Source: an uncultured delta proteobacterium
GTDB taxonomy: Bacteria > Desulfobacterota > Syntrophia > Syntrophales > Smithellaceae
Assembly: GCA_963753975.1 (NCBI GenBank)
Contig: CAVWEH010000005.1
Location: 672,001-736,000 of the forward strand
Length of the DNA: 64,000 nucleotides
Direction of reading: 5' to 3'
In this document: positions 9,242 through 19,261 of the stretch, piece after piece
Layout: each line of letters begins with the position of its first letter
How positions within the stretch are numbered: the stretch's first letter is position 1
Program-made: the position numbers and the translations under genes
Notes under the pieces: model-generated
Databases searched by the model: none
The model's input: the letters and a program-made list of their open reading frames with translations, nothing else
What the model was told of the DNA's origin: nothing

Positions 9242-9961
9242 TCATTTATGACAATTCGGATAATATTTCTTCATACATTCGGGGCAAATGCCGTGACTGA
9301 AATCAGCGAGCGACCTTTTTTTTATATAGCCTTCGATTTGTTCCCAGTAACCGTGGTCATTGCGTATTTTCTTGCAATATGCGCAAATCGGCAATAGTCC
9401 GCTCAACGTCTTGATTTCCGAAAGCGCTTTTTTAAGTTCCAGGATGAGGTTCTCCCGCTTGGCTTCCACCAGTGTGCGCGGGGTGATGTCGCGTATGTTG
9501 CATTGAATTATTTTTGTGTGCTTAACATGACAGACATTGCTGATAAACTCCACGTTGATTCTGCGCCCGTCTTTAGTTTCCAGCGGCAAATTATCGTAAC
9601 GAATATATCCCTTCTTCTGCAATTCGGCGAAGGCCGCCTTGCTTTTCTCTATATCGTTAAGACTTCCAATCTCCCAGAGTTTCTTTTCTGCAAATTCCTG
9701 GAAAGAATAATTCAGCATATTCATCAAAAAAGGATTAACATCAACTATTTTTCCTGTTTTCTCATCGAGTATCAATATCCCGTCCTGGGCCGTTTCAAAT
9801 AGCCAGCGGTAACGAATCTCGGAGGCCTGAAGTTTTTCCTCTGTTCGTTTGCGCTCGGATACCACTTTCCCCGTTTCGGCAATCCGTTGCCGAAGTTGCG
9901 CCATTCCGTTTATGTTTTGCTCTTTTGTTTTCTTTTCTTCCTTCATGAGTAAAAAACTCAC
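9242..9961 (-). CDS. PAS-domain sensor with C-terminal CxxC...HxxCxxC domain
   Basis: YRWLFETAQDGILIL...CNIRDIT; LLPICAYCKKIR...FSHGICPEC. Confidence 0.8.
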   Translation of the reverse strand: MSFLLMKEEKKTKEQNINGMAQLRQRIAETGKVVSERKRTEEKLQASEIRYRWLFETAQDGILILDEKTGKIVDVNPFLMNMLNYSFQEFAEKKLWEIGSLNDIEKSKAAFAELQKKGYIRYDNLPLETKDGRRINVEFISNVCHVKHTKIIQCNIRDITPRTLVEAKRENLILELKKALSEIKTLSGLLPICAYCKKIRNDHGYWEQIEGYIKKRSLADFSHGICPECMKKYYPNCHK

Positions 9962-10232
9962 ATAACAATCATTTTTTTATTTATGATTTTGTTTACTAAA
10001 ATATATTCTTGTTTTATTTGAGAATAGCCATTGAAACGCCTCACAAATTAAGTTATAAGTGGGCACCATGAAGACGCGATTATTCCATCCTAAGAAATTG
10101 CTTATGCCGTGGTTGGGTTCCAATGAAATGAACTTATTCCCGGATGCCCCTGGCCGGAAGTTAAAACAGCAACTGCAATTGGATGCCCGGGCAATAATAC
10201 CTCCTATATATAAAAACAGAATTTACTTGTTT

Positions 10233-10526
10233 TTACACAGCCTTTCTCGGTCCGTTGCAAACAGGCCTTCCGGCCTTGCGTGGTCCGCCGTAATAGAGAT
10301 ACGGGTCCGGCCAGATACGTTTGATATCGATGCCGATCCTGGCGGCAATGTGTCTGCGCACACGGTCGGAAACCGTGTTGCCCTGGATAACGTGGTAAAC
10401 GAGTTGTTGAGTCGCACCGAGTTCACGGGCAAGTTGAGATTGCGTAAGACCCGCTCTCATCATGGCAATCCGTATTTCAACGGGTTCCATGTTTTGTGGT
10501 CGCGTGACCTTCAGGTTATTGGACAT
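10233..10526 (-). CDS. Ner/Nlp-like (Mu-type) HTH regulator
   Basis: GLTQSQLARELG HTH and IAARIGIDIKRIWPDPY, resembling the Ner IWPSRY motif. Confidence 0.7.
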   Translation of the reverse strand: MSNNLKVTRPQNMEPVEIRIAMMRAGLTQSQLARELGATQQLVYHVIQGNTVSDRVRRHIAARIGIDIKRIWPDPYLYYGGPRKAGRPVCNGPRKAV

Positions 10527-10734
10527 TAATTAACCTCTTTTTTTTGAAAGGCTATTTTACTTTTTGATTAGTCCAATAAACCAATAATTAGCTCGTGTCA
10601 AGCGATAATTTGGTCTAGCTGTATTTTTTTATCAAACTTGAGTTATTTGTATATATAACATATTAATTATATTGATAAATATCATATTCTCGATAACGAC
10701 AAACAATAGACAGCGGATATGAAATTGGTGTATA

Positions 10735-11355
10735 ATGAGCGTTAATACTTTAAAAGAACGCGCAAATTGGGCGATAAATTATATTGTCGCGAAAGAACAC
10801 CTCTCTAATATTAAGCTTGGCAGACAAATGGGATTTGCGGCAGGCACAATAAATAGTTACCGGCGGATGACAACAGATCCAAGCATCGAGTTTATTCTGA
10901 AATTTTGTCAGTTATTTAAATTTAATGTTTTATGGTTTGTTTTGGGAGAAGGTTATCCTTTTCTCGGGGCGCGCGAAGCATTTCCTGAATCCAAAGGCCC
11001 CAATCCGATATCACCGCCGTCTCCCGACATTTTTGATGATCAACGTTTTACATTGAGAGAGCCAAAAACAGACTACGGCGCACCAGCCACAGAGCAAAAA
11101 ATCAGTATTGAGGAGGCTGTGGGAAAGGCATTCAAGATTCTATCGTCCGGCACGGCTCTTTCCAACACTCTTTACTTAATTATCCAGCAGTTTGCAGATG
11201 CCCTGGACGGAAGCCGGGAACTCAACGCCTGCCGGGATGAAATCAGCGAGCTAAAAGCGCAAATGCTTGAATCGCGCGGAAAGGGGGAGCGCCTCACTAC
11301 CGCTCCGTCTATAGCCACAGAGCAAATCAAGCCTTCGAGTAAAAAGACAAAGTAG
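10735..11355 (+). CDS. XRE/CI-like HTH repressor with coiled-coil C-terminus
   Basis: LGRQMGFAAGTINSY...PSIEFI...NVLWFVLGEG; divergent from the ner-like gene. Confidence 0.65.
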   Translation: MSVNTLKERANWAINYIVAKEHLSNIKLGRQMGFAAGTINSYRRMTTDPSIEFILKFCQLFKFNVLWFVLGEGYPFLGAREAFPESKGPNPISPPSPDIFDDQRFTLREPKTDYGAPATEQKISIEEAVGKAFKILSSGTALSNTLYLIIQQFADALDGSRELNACRDEISELKAQMLESRGKGERLTTAPSIATEQIKPSSKKTK

Positions 11356-11436
11356 TTTATCTCTGTCATCAAATCAGCATAATATATTACTCAGTTAAAC
11401 CCCTGTAATCCCGCGACATATAATAGCTTAAACATC

Positions 11437-11465
11437 TTGACAGGCAAATGGTTCGTTTTTATATT
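11437..11465 (+). promoter_or_regulatory. Sigma-70 promoter
   Basis: TTGACA-17 nt-TATATT; implies the next ORF starts later than 11437. Confidence 0.5.
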
Positions 11466-11565
11466 TAGATATAAAGTGACTGACGATCAAAATAATCATG
11501 CATGTATAGCCCTACATTATGAAAGTGAAATGCGCAAAGTGAAAATCAATTTCGTTTTCCTTCAT

Positions 11566-12402
11566 ATGTTGAATAAATCTTTTATTGATACATACCGGAG
11601 AACAGTCAGCCGCCGGTCAAAAGGTTACCGACGGCGAATTACATCCAAAACTATATCTATTATTCTTGTCCTGGGTTTTATTTCCGCTTTTGCACCAAAG
11701 ATTGCTCCGGCTGGTCCGCCATTTCTCACCGATGACCCGGAACCGGTGGAATACCAGCACTGGGAAATATATGTTGCCACACAGTACATCCATTATCGAG
11801 ACCAGGATTCCGCTACGCTGCCTCACCTCGAGATAAATTACGGCCTGATTCCGAATGTGCAAATTCATTTAATTGCCCCTCTTGTATATGTAAAACCGGA
11901 AGGGGCTTCTTCGCAATACGGCTACGGAGACACGGAGGTGGGCATCAAATACCGTTTTATTCAGGAAACCGATTACATTCCGCAAGTGGGAATATTTCCC
12001 CTGGTAGAATTTCCCACCGGTGATTCCGAAAAGAGCTTAGGAAGCGGCAGAACTCAATATTTCCTTCCCGTCTGGCTGCAGAAAAGCTGGGGGCCGTGGA
12101 CAACCTATGGCGGAGGGGGATACTGGATTAATCCCGGTCCCGGAAACAAAGACTGGTGGCAGTTCGGGTGGCTGATTCAGAGAGATATCAATAAAACATT
12201 AACCCTGGGAACGGAACTCTATTACAAAACAGCGAGCACTTCCGACGGCAACGATACCACCGGATATACGGTGGGTGCGATCATCAATATTACCGAAAAC
12301 CATCATATCCTGCTTTCTGCAGGACAGGACATCAACGGCCCCAATTACCTCTCCGCTTACATTGGCTATCAATTAACATTTGGTCCGCTGAAGAAGGAAT
12401 AG
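11566..12402 (+). CDS. Outer-membrane beta-barrel transporter-like protein
   Basis: Signal-like stretch then AGPPFLTDDPEPV, GYGDTEVGIKYRF, C-terminal YIGYQLTF; start uncertain. Confidence 0.7.
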   Translation: MLNKSFIDTYRRTVSRRSKGYRRRITSKTISIILVLGFISAFAPKIAPAGPPFLTDDPEPVEYQHWEIYVATQYIHYRDQDSATLPHLEINYGLIPNVQIHLIAPLVYVKPEGASSQYGYGDTEVGIKYRFIQETDYIPQVGIFPLVEFPTGDSEKSLGSGRTQYFLPVWLQKSWGPWTTYGGGGYWINPGPGNKDWWQFGWLIQRDINKTLTLGTELYYKTASTSDGNDTTGYTVGAIINITENHHILLSAGQDINGPNYLSAYIGYQLTFGPLKKE

Positions 12403-12528
12403 TATCACATAGGATAGATTTATTAAGGTAAACGTCCACCAAAAAATTAACATCTTTAGGTATTAAAGAAAGAAACAAAAAAATGTTAAACTAAGGCTCC
12501 ATGATGTCTCATGCGCCTTTGCTGAAAA

Positions 12529-13761
12529 TTATTTCAGTTTGGGCAAGGAATTCATCGGATTACCCGATGCCGAGGAAATCAGGTCTCCCCCGAATATCCA
12601 GAAGTAAATAGTTCCTATAAGCCCGCAAGCAAAGGCAGTAAAGAAGTTTACCTCTGGCGATATTTGCCAGAGGAAAGCTCCGCCAAAAGCGCCGATGGAA
12701 ACAATGATATCCCGAATCAAATAGTATAGTCCAAACATTCCGGCCTTTTTGTATTTCGGCGCCAGATCCATAATCAATGCTTTGCGTGTCGGCTCGCCAA
12801 ATTCCTTCAACCCCCGGATAACGAAGGCTATCACCATCATCCAGAAGGAGTGCGCAAAAAAGATGACCAGTGGGAAAAGAGTAAAGTTAAAAAACGTGAT
12901 CACGACGAAAGGTTTCTTCGTGGAACGGTCGGCCAGATAGGCTACCGGCAGATAAATTAACAACGCGGTGGTCATTTCAATAGCGGTAAGAATTCCAAAC
13001 CCAGTTGCAGTGATACCATTATATTTTATGCACCAGACAACCACAAAAGCATAAGGAATCTGCTCGGCAAAACGGATAAGAATATCGGAAACAAGCAGGT
13101 TACGCAGTGGCTGATTCATAAACCGCCAGAGGCGCGAAGGACGCTTCTCCGCTTTTTCCCGCTCACTTTTATCATCCTTAATCATAATTTGCTGCAGGAG
13201 AAGGGCAATGATACCCAGAATAAAAGCCCCCACAAAAGCCAGCCGCACGCCCGATTTTTCTCCATAGACGCTGATTAAAACTCCGCCGATGATTGGCCCC
13301 AGAGCCATTGGTAGCCGTCGGACAAGCGAATGCAGCGAAACCCCCATGGTACGTTTATCCGGCGGCAACACGCGGGAAACAAGGCTCATGGTTGCCGGAA
13401 GCGATATCGCCGACCAAGAAAGGAAAAATATTGCGCCGATGAGGACAGCCTGCCAGTAGGGGAAAATAATGACAATGGCGTAGCCCAACAGGGCAATCAG
13501 GTTGAAAACCAACAGCGCTTTTTTGTAGCCTAGACGGTCACTCAAATAGCCGCCGGGGAAGGAATAGAGAGCGGAAAGAAGATTAGTCATGCCGTTGAGC
13601 AGGCCGATGGTAATTGCGCCGCCACCCAATGCTATAAGATAAATCGGCAAAAAACGTTCGGCCATTTTCTCCCCCAGGCCGACCAGGACGACCATAGCGA
13701 GTAAGGCCACCATACTTTTTCTCAGGCCGAAAAATTCAGCGATTTTTTCCCGTAAGCGCAT
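12529..13761 (-). CDS. MFS transporter
   Basis: About 12 TM segments; GGYLSDRLGYK motif A. Confidence 0.9.
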   Translation of the reverse strand: MRLREKIAEFFGLRKSMVALLAMVVLVGLGEKMAERFLPIYLIALGGGAITIGLLNGMTNLLSALYSFPGGYLSDRLGYKKALLVFNLIALLGYAIVIIFPYWQAVLIGAIFFLSWSAISLPATMSLVSRVLPPDKRTMGVSLHSLVRRLPMALGPIIGGVLISVYGEKSGVRLAFVGAFILGIIALLLQQIMIKDDKSEREKAEKRPSRLWRFMNQPLRNLLVSDILIRFAEQIPYAFVVVWCIKYNGITATGFGILTAIEMTTALLIYLPVAYLADRSTKKPFVVITFFNFTLFPLVIFFAHSFWMMVIAFVIRGLKEFGEPTRKALIMDLAPKYKKAGMFGLYYLIRDIIVSIGAFGGAFLWQISPEVNFFTAFACGLIGTIYFWIFGGDLISSASGNPMNSLPKLK

Positions 13762-13839
13762 TTCACTATGTCCTTTTCGGCAATGCCACTCCCAACTTTT
13801 CTTGTTTGATGTGCATGCCAGGGCGATAAGATCAGCCTA

Positions 13840-13976
13840 CAGTAGTTCTTTTCCCCGGTCGATATCGATATTGAAGTCGGGGTATTGTTCATACAAGTCA
13901 TTTAAAGTGACTCTCTCGAGCCTTCCGATATTTTTATGCGGGGCGCGGTTTATTTTTGATTTTTCAAAACGTGGTG
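13840..13976 (-). pseudogene. Degenerate duplicate of the 5' end of the kefG/kefF-like gene
   Basis: PRFEKSKINRAPHKNIGRLERVTLNDLYEQYPDFNIDIDRGKELL*; close nucleotide match to about 16325-16460. Confidence 0.8.
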
Positions 13977-13996
13977 TTTATGCTGGCTAAACACGA

Positions 13997-15880
13997 TTAT
14001 TTCTCCGATTTTTTATCGGAGAATTTTTCCTCAAACAAATCGCTGTCCCAGGCATGATCATTGATTGTGGGATTTAATTCCCGGTCGTTTAACAACAGCT
14101 GTTCCTGAATCTCGATTTGCTCGCGCACTTTCAAAATATATGCGCCCTGATCGTGCCGGTGTTCGGCTAATTTGCGCATCGCCACTTCATCATATTTGAT
14201 AAAGTTTTGAGCGGCTCGTGTAGCGGTGTATCTGCGAACGCCCAGCTTGACGAGCACATCGATTCCCAGACGCACTGAGGTATCCAGTGATTCACGGTAA
14301 ACGTTCTCAACGCCTTCATCGACCAGCTCATAGGCATCGACGCGATTTTTCGCGCGCACCATTATCGTGAGATGCGGAAATAGTTTCTTGATTTTATCCA
14401 CTAAATCGTGATTGATCGCGGGCGAATCAATAGCGGCAATCAGGATTTTGGCTTCATCGGCTCCGGCCGATTTTAAAATATCGATTCGCGTCGCATCGCC
14501 GTAGAAAACCTTGAAGCCCATCTTTCTTAAGAGATCAACACGGTCCGAATCGTTATCCAGAATTGTCGCATTGATTCCATTGGCCCTCAAAAACCTGCCC
14601 ACAGTGCTTCCGAAATGACCGAATCCCGCGATGATAACCGAATAGTGAGCATCGATTTCGTCGGCTTCTTTTTCTTCGGGAACTTCCGGTACGCCAAAGT
14701 AGGGATCAATGATGCGCTCGTTAATGAGCAAAAGCAAAGGAGTGACGGTCATGCTTATTGCCGTCACTCCCATCATCAGATCCGTCCATTCGTCGGAGAG
14801 GAGATTGATTCGGTGAATTAAAGGAAAGAGAACGAAGGCAAATTCTCCGACCTGTGCAAGGCCTAGGGTAAATAAAAGATTTTGATCAAAACTTAGGCCC
14901 GAAAACTTCCCGGTGAGGTAAAGAAGACACGCTTTGACAAAAATGACGCCAAAAACCAGCGCAGCTACTCTCACCGGGTTCTGGATAATCATATTGAAGT
15001 TTATCGAAGCGCCGACGGCAATAAAGAATAACCCGAGCAATATCCCTTTAAACGGTTCAATGTCGCTTTCCAGTTCATGGCGAAATTCGCTGTTGGCTAA
15101 AACCACTCCAGCCAAAAATGTTCCCAGCGCAGGACTCAGTCCCACGAGCCCCGTACCGTACGCAGTACCCACAACGATCAAAAGCGCTGATGCAGTAAAA
15201 AGTTCGCGCAAATGGATACGGGCAATAAACCGCAGGAAAGGAACCATCACGAACCGGCCGCTTAACATGATAAGACCGATAGCGGCAAGAAACGTCAACG
15301 TCTGCGCCCATCCCGGCAGTCCGGAAAACATTGTACGGTGGTCCGGCGGGGCATTGACTACGTAGAGAGCCAGGAGAGGCAAAAGCGCCAGAAGAGGAAT
15401 CACCGCAATATCCTGAAAAAGAAGAACGGCAAAGGAGCTTCCGCCGGATTCTGTTTGAGTGATCCCCTTCTCCCGCAACGTCTGCATCGCGATAGCGGTG
15501 GAAGACATGGAAAGGGTAAGACCACAGGCAAGCGCTGCCTGCCAGCTAAATCCTATAAAAAATAAAACGGCAAATAAAACGATGGTCGTCGTGCCCATCT
15601 GCAGCGAGCCCGAGCCCACGATCAGATTGCGCATGCGCCAGAAATTTGCGGGCTCCAACTCCAGCCCGACAAGAAAGAGCATCATCACCACGCCGAACTC
15701 GGCAAAGTGCATGATGTCCGTTCCTTCCTGGCCGATAAAGCCCAGAAAAAAAGGACCGATGATTATTCCGCCCAGAAGGTAGCCCAGCACCGAGCCCATA
15801 CCCAATTTTTTGGTAATGGGTACAAAGATAATCGCCGCGGCCAGATAAATTAGGGCGTCATGTAAAAAAGTGCCGCTCAT
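13997..15880 (-). CDS. kefB: KefB/KefC-like CPA2 potassium/proton antiporter with RCK domain
   Basis: HFAEFGVVMMLF, LLFQDIAVIP, ELESDIEPFKG, IAGFGHFG, FYGDATR. Confidence 0.85.
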   Translation of the reverse strand: MSGTFLHDALIYLAAAIIFVPITKKLGMGSVLGYLLGGIIIGPFFLGFIGQEGTDIMHFAEFGVVMMLFLVGLELEPANFWRMRNLIVGSGSLQMGTTTIVLFAVLFFIGFSWQAALACGLTLSMSSTAIAMQTLREKGITQTESGGSSFAVLLFQDIAVIPLLALLPLLALYVVNAPPDHRTMFSGLPGWAQTLTFLAAIGLIMLSGRFVMVPFLRFIARIHLRELFTASALLIVVGTAYGTGLVGLSPALGTFLAGVVLANSEFRHELESDIEPFKGILLGLFFIAVGASINFNMIIQNPVRVAALVFGVIFVKACLLYLTGKFSGLSFDQNLLFTLGLAQVGEFAFVLFPLIHRINLLSDEWTDLMMGVTAISMTVTPLLLLINERIIDPYFGVPEVPEEKEADEIDAHYSVIIAGFGHFGSTVGRFLRANGINATILDNDSDRVDLLRKMGFKVFYGDATRIDILKSAGADEAKILIAAIDSPAINHDLVDKIKKLFPHLTIMVRAKNRVDAYELVDEGVENVYRESLDTSVRLGIDVLVKLGVRRYTATRAAQNFIKYDEVAMRKLAEHRHDQGAYILKVREQIEIQEQLLLNDRELNPTINDHAWDSDLFEEKFSDKKSEK

Positions 15881-15885
15881 GGTTT

Positions 15886-16488
15886 CTACAGCCCCATTTC
15901 TTTAGAGAGCCAATCATTGAGATATTCAAATTGTTTTATGGCTTTTACATCAAATTCGCCTTTAGTGAGCCGCTCCAAAAGCATGCGATAAGAGCGCACA
16001 TAATTTTCCAAATCCGCGTCACTCAAAAGATGCGTGCCGTGAACAACGAAAGGCGGAAGATAAATCATTTTGCACAAAGTTGCCGTTTGCTCAAAAGGCA
16101 CAAGGAATTGACGAACAGTAAAATTATTAAGCATCCCCGGCGTATACGCCCCCTTTTTCCCTCCGGCAGTAACCGCATTAAAAATGATCTTACCTTTTAA
16201 ATTTACGCCTTCCCGCCCGTGAGCCCAGCCGTGTTCTAGCACCAAATCTATCCATTGTTTGAGCATCGGCGGAGCGCTGTACATGTATATCGGATGATGC
16301 CAGACGATAATTTCGTGCACCAGCAGCAATTCTTTTTCGCGTTCGATATCGATATTGAAGTCGGGATATTGTTCATACAAATCATTTAAAGTGACGCCCT
16401 CGAGCCTTCCGATATTTTTGAGCAACGCACGGTTTGTTTTCGATTTTTCAAAACGCGGGTGAGCAAAAAGGATAAGAATTTTGTTCAT
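15886..16488 (-). CDS. kefG: KefG/KefF-like NAD(P)H oxidoreductase ancillary protein
   Basis: ILILFAHP, DLYEQYPDFNID, LKQWIDLVLEHGWA; directly upstream of the antiporter. Confidence 0.85.
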   Translation of the reverse strand: MNKILILFAHPRFEKSKTNRALLKNIGRLEGVTLNDLYEQYPDFNIDIEREKELLLVHEIIVWHHPIYMYSAPPMLKQWIDLVLEHGWAHGREGVNLKGKIIFNAVTAGGKKGAYTPGMLNNFTVRQFLVPFEQTATLCKMIYLPPFVVHGTHLLSDADLENYVRSYRMLLERLTKGEFDVKAIKQFEYLNDWLSKEMGL

Positions 16489-16519
16489 GAAATGTCACCG
16501 ACTTCGGCCCTCAGCCTTT

Positions 16520-19165
16520 TTAGTGTGCTTCGTCCCAGTTCTTCCCTGCGGCAATTTCCACTTTTAAAGGCACTTTGAGTTTGATGACTTCTTCCATTTC
16601 TTTTTTAACGAGTTGCATGACTTCATCTTTTTCTTTTATCGGTGCTTCGAGAACAAGTTCATCATGCACCTGCATAATCAGGCGGGCGGCAAGATTTTTC
16701 TTTGTTAATAAATGAGCAATGTTGACCATAGCCACTTTAATCAAATCGGCGGCCGTGCCCTGAATTGGAGTGTTTATCGCCATGCGCTCGGCAAACTGGC
16801 GCACGGAAGCTACGGGGCTTTTTAATTCCGGCAAATAGCGGCGGCGGTTTAAGAGCGTGCAAACAAAGCCATCACGCCGCGCATTTTCCAAGATGCCGTC
16901 CAGATACTCGCGCACTTTTTTATAACGCTCAAAATATCCGTCAATGTAGGCCTGAGCTATTTTCTGGGGAACCCCCAGTTCTTTGGCCAGACCAAAGGCG
17001 CTCATGCCGTAAAGAATGCCGAAGTTGATGACTTTGGCCTGACGGCGCATATCGGCATTGACCATCTGTGGAAAGACGCCGAAAATATCGGAAGCCGTGC
17101 GGCTGTGAATATCTTCATCTGAGGAAAAAGCATCAATGAGAGCTTTATCTTCGGAGAGATGCGCAAGCACTCGCAGTTCGATTTGCGAATAATCAGCGGA
17201 GATGAGCAGGCAATTGGGCGCAGCAATAAACGCCTGGCGAATTCGTTTACCTTCCAAAGTTCTGATGGGAATATTTTGCAAATTCGGATTGCTGCTGGAG
17301 AGCCTTCCTGTCGCCGTCACTGTCTGGTTGTAGGAGGTATGAATCCGACCGGATTTAGGATCGATGAGAGCGGGCAGGGCGTCCACGTAAGTGGATTTGA
17401 GTTTGGCCAAACTGCGGTAGGCGAGAATCTCCGCAGGCAGTTCATGGTTTTTCGCCAGTTCCGTAAGAACGTCCACGTCGGTGGAAAAGCCTTCCTTCGT
17501 TTTCCTTCCCGTGGGGAGCTTGAGCTTGTCAAAAAGAACGATCTGTAATTGCTTGGGGGAATTTATATTGAATTTCTCCCCGGACAAGCGAGATATTTTC
17601 TCTTGGGAAATAGACAATAATTGTCCCAACTCTTCCGACATTTGTTTTAAAAGGGATGTATCTACCAGAACGCCCTTTTTCTCCATATCGGCCAGCACAT
17701 ACAGAAGCGGCATTTCCACTTTATGGAAAAGCTCGGCGGCCTTAATTTCTTTTAACTTCCCGGTAAGAAGCGGAAATAAAGAAAAAACAGCGGTGGCGCG
17801 TTGCCCTCCGTAGGCCGCCATTTTTTCCGCAGGCACGTCAGCCAGCAGATAAGTCTTCCCTTTGCCGCCGGCTACATCGGCAGGCGAGGGAATCTGTTCA
17901 TGCAAATATTCCCAGGCTACTTCGGAAAGCTCGTAAGAATTTTTCGCGGGATTGAGCAGGTAAGCCATAAGTCCGGTATCTTCTCCTGAGAGCACATCCA
18001 GACTGGGCATAGCCACAAGAGTTGTTTTTAAATCATGAAAATATTTTTTAATATTGCTGTTGGATAAAATCGGGGCCAGCGCGGCTAAAACTTCTTTTAC
18101 CTTCAACTGCTCTTTAGTAAGAGGTATATAAAAAGATTCACTGCCGGTGCTGAAAGCTATTCCGATCAAATCCGTTGATGGATTTTTCTCCCCAATAAAT
18201 TCACAGGAAACTTCACGGCATGCCTGTAGTTGCGTGATGAAATCCTGAAGCTTTTTGCTGTTGGTGATAATTATGCAGTCCACAACCTGCCGGGGAGCGT
18301 CCTGTTTAATTTCCTGCAAAAGAGAGGAGAATTCAAATTCACTGAAGAGTTGGGCAAGGAGCTCTTTGTCCGGTTCTTTACGTGCCGCATCCTGAATGTC
18401 AAAATCAAATTCGATATCTTTTCTAATGAGAGCCAATTGGCGGCTTAGTCTCGCCTGTTCGGCATATTTACGAAAACTTTCGCGCAGTTTAACGTTCTTT
18501 AAGTTTTCGGCATTTTGCAAAATAGCTTCTACCGAACCATATTCCTCAATAAGGCGTTGCGCCGTTTTCGGACCGATCCCCGGCACTCCCGGAATGTTGT
18601 CGGACGTATCGCCCACCAAGCCTAAAATCTCCACTACTTTGTCCGGCCCCACCCCAAAGCGCTCTTTCACCGCCGCGACATCATACGTTTTATCTTTCAT
18701 CGTGTCGATCATAGTGACGTTTTCGTCCACCAGCTGCATCAAATCCTTATCCCCGGATACGATGACTGTCCGCCAGCCTTGCTTACTCACCCGCTTGGCT
18801 AAAGTGCCGATGATATCATCGGCTTCGATCCCCTGTTTTTCCAAAACAGGAATGGAAAAGCCGCGGACTATGTCCTTGATAAAGGGTATCTGCGGTCTGA
18901 GATCATCGGGCATGGGTTTGCGCGTGGCTTTATAATCGGTAAATTCCTCGTGACGAGTGGTGGGACCTTTGACATCAAAAGAGACAACGATATAATCAGG
19001 CATAAGCTCACGCAAAAGCTTTAAGAGCATATTGGTAAAGCCGTAAATGGCGTTGGTGGGGAAACCTTTGGAGTTCGTGAGCATCGGTATAGCGTAAAAA
19101 GCACGGTAAAGATAATTACTGCCGTCAACGAGAACTACCAGGGGAATTTCATTTTTTTCTGCCAT
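16520..19165 (-). CDS. polA: DNA polymerase I
   Basis: 5'-3' exonuclease (YRAFYA, EADDIIG), TGRLSSSNPNLQNIP, ADYSQIELR, QVHDELV. Confidence 0.98.
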   Translation of the reverse strand: MAEKNEIPLVVLVDGSNYLYRAFYAIPMLTNSKGFPTNAIYGFTNMLLKLLRELMPDYIVVSFDVKGPTTRHEEFTDYKATRKPMPDDLRPQIPFIKDIVRGFSIPVLEKQGIEADDIIGTLAKRVSKQGWRTVIVSGDKDLMQLVDENVTMIDTMKDKTYDVAAVKERFGVGPDKVVEILGLVGDTSDNIPGVPGIGPKTAQRLIEEYGSVEAILQNAENLKNVKLRESFRKYAEQARLSRQLALIRKDIEFDFDIQDAARKEPDKELLAQLFSEFEFSSLLQEIKQDAPRQVVDCIIITNSKKLQDFITQLQACREVSCEFIGEKNPSTDLIGIAFSTGSESFYIPLTKEQLKVKEVLAALAPILSNSNIKKYFHDLKTTLVAMPSLDVLSGEDTGLMAYLLNPAKNSYELSEVAWEYLHEQIPSPADVAGGKGKTYLLADVPAEKMAAYGGQRATAVFSLFPLLTGKLKEIKAAELFHKVEMPLLYVLADMEKKGVLVDTSLLKQMSEELGQLLSISQEKISRLSGEKFNINSPKQLQIVLFDKLKLPTGRKTKEGFSTDVDVLTELAKNHELPAEILAYRSLAKLKSTYVDALPALIDPKSGRIHTSYNQTVTATGRLSSSNPNLQNIPIRTLEGKRIRQAFIAAPNCLLISADYSQIELRVLAHLSEDKALIDAFSSDEDIHSRTASDIFGVFPQMVNADMRRQAKVINFGILYGMSAFGLAKELGVPQKIAQAYIDGYFERYKKVREYLDGILENARRDGFVCTLLNRRRYLPELKSPVASVRQFAERMAINTPIQGTAADLIKVAMVNIAHLLTKKNLAARLIMQVHDELVLEAPIKEKDEVMQLVKKEMEEVIKLKVPLKVEIAAGKNWDEAH

Positions 19166-19261
19166 GAACTATCACTTTAATGAATAAGCCCACCCATACT
19201 GCTAATGGCAGCGATATAGGTGGGCCAATGATAAAAAAATAATTCAGCTCAATTATTAAAC

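Noticed and set aside
10059..10529. ORF 10059..10529 on the plus strand
   Set aside because: Mostly antisense to the ner-like gene, with no recognisable domain
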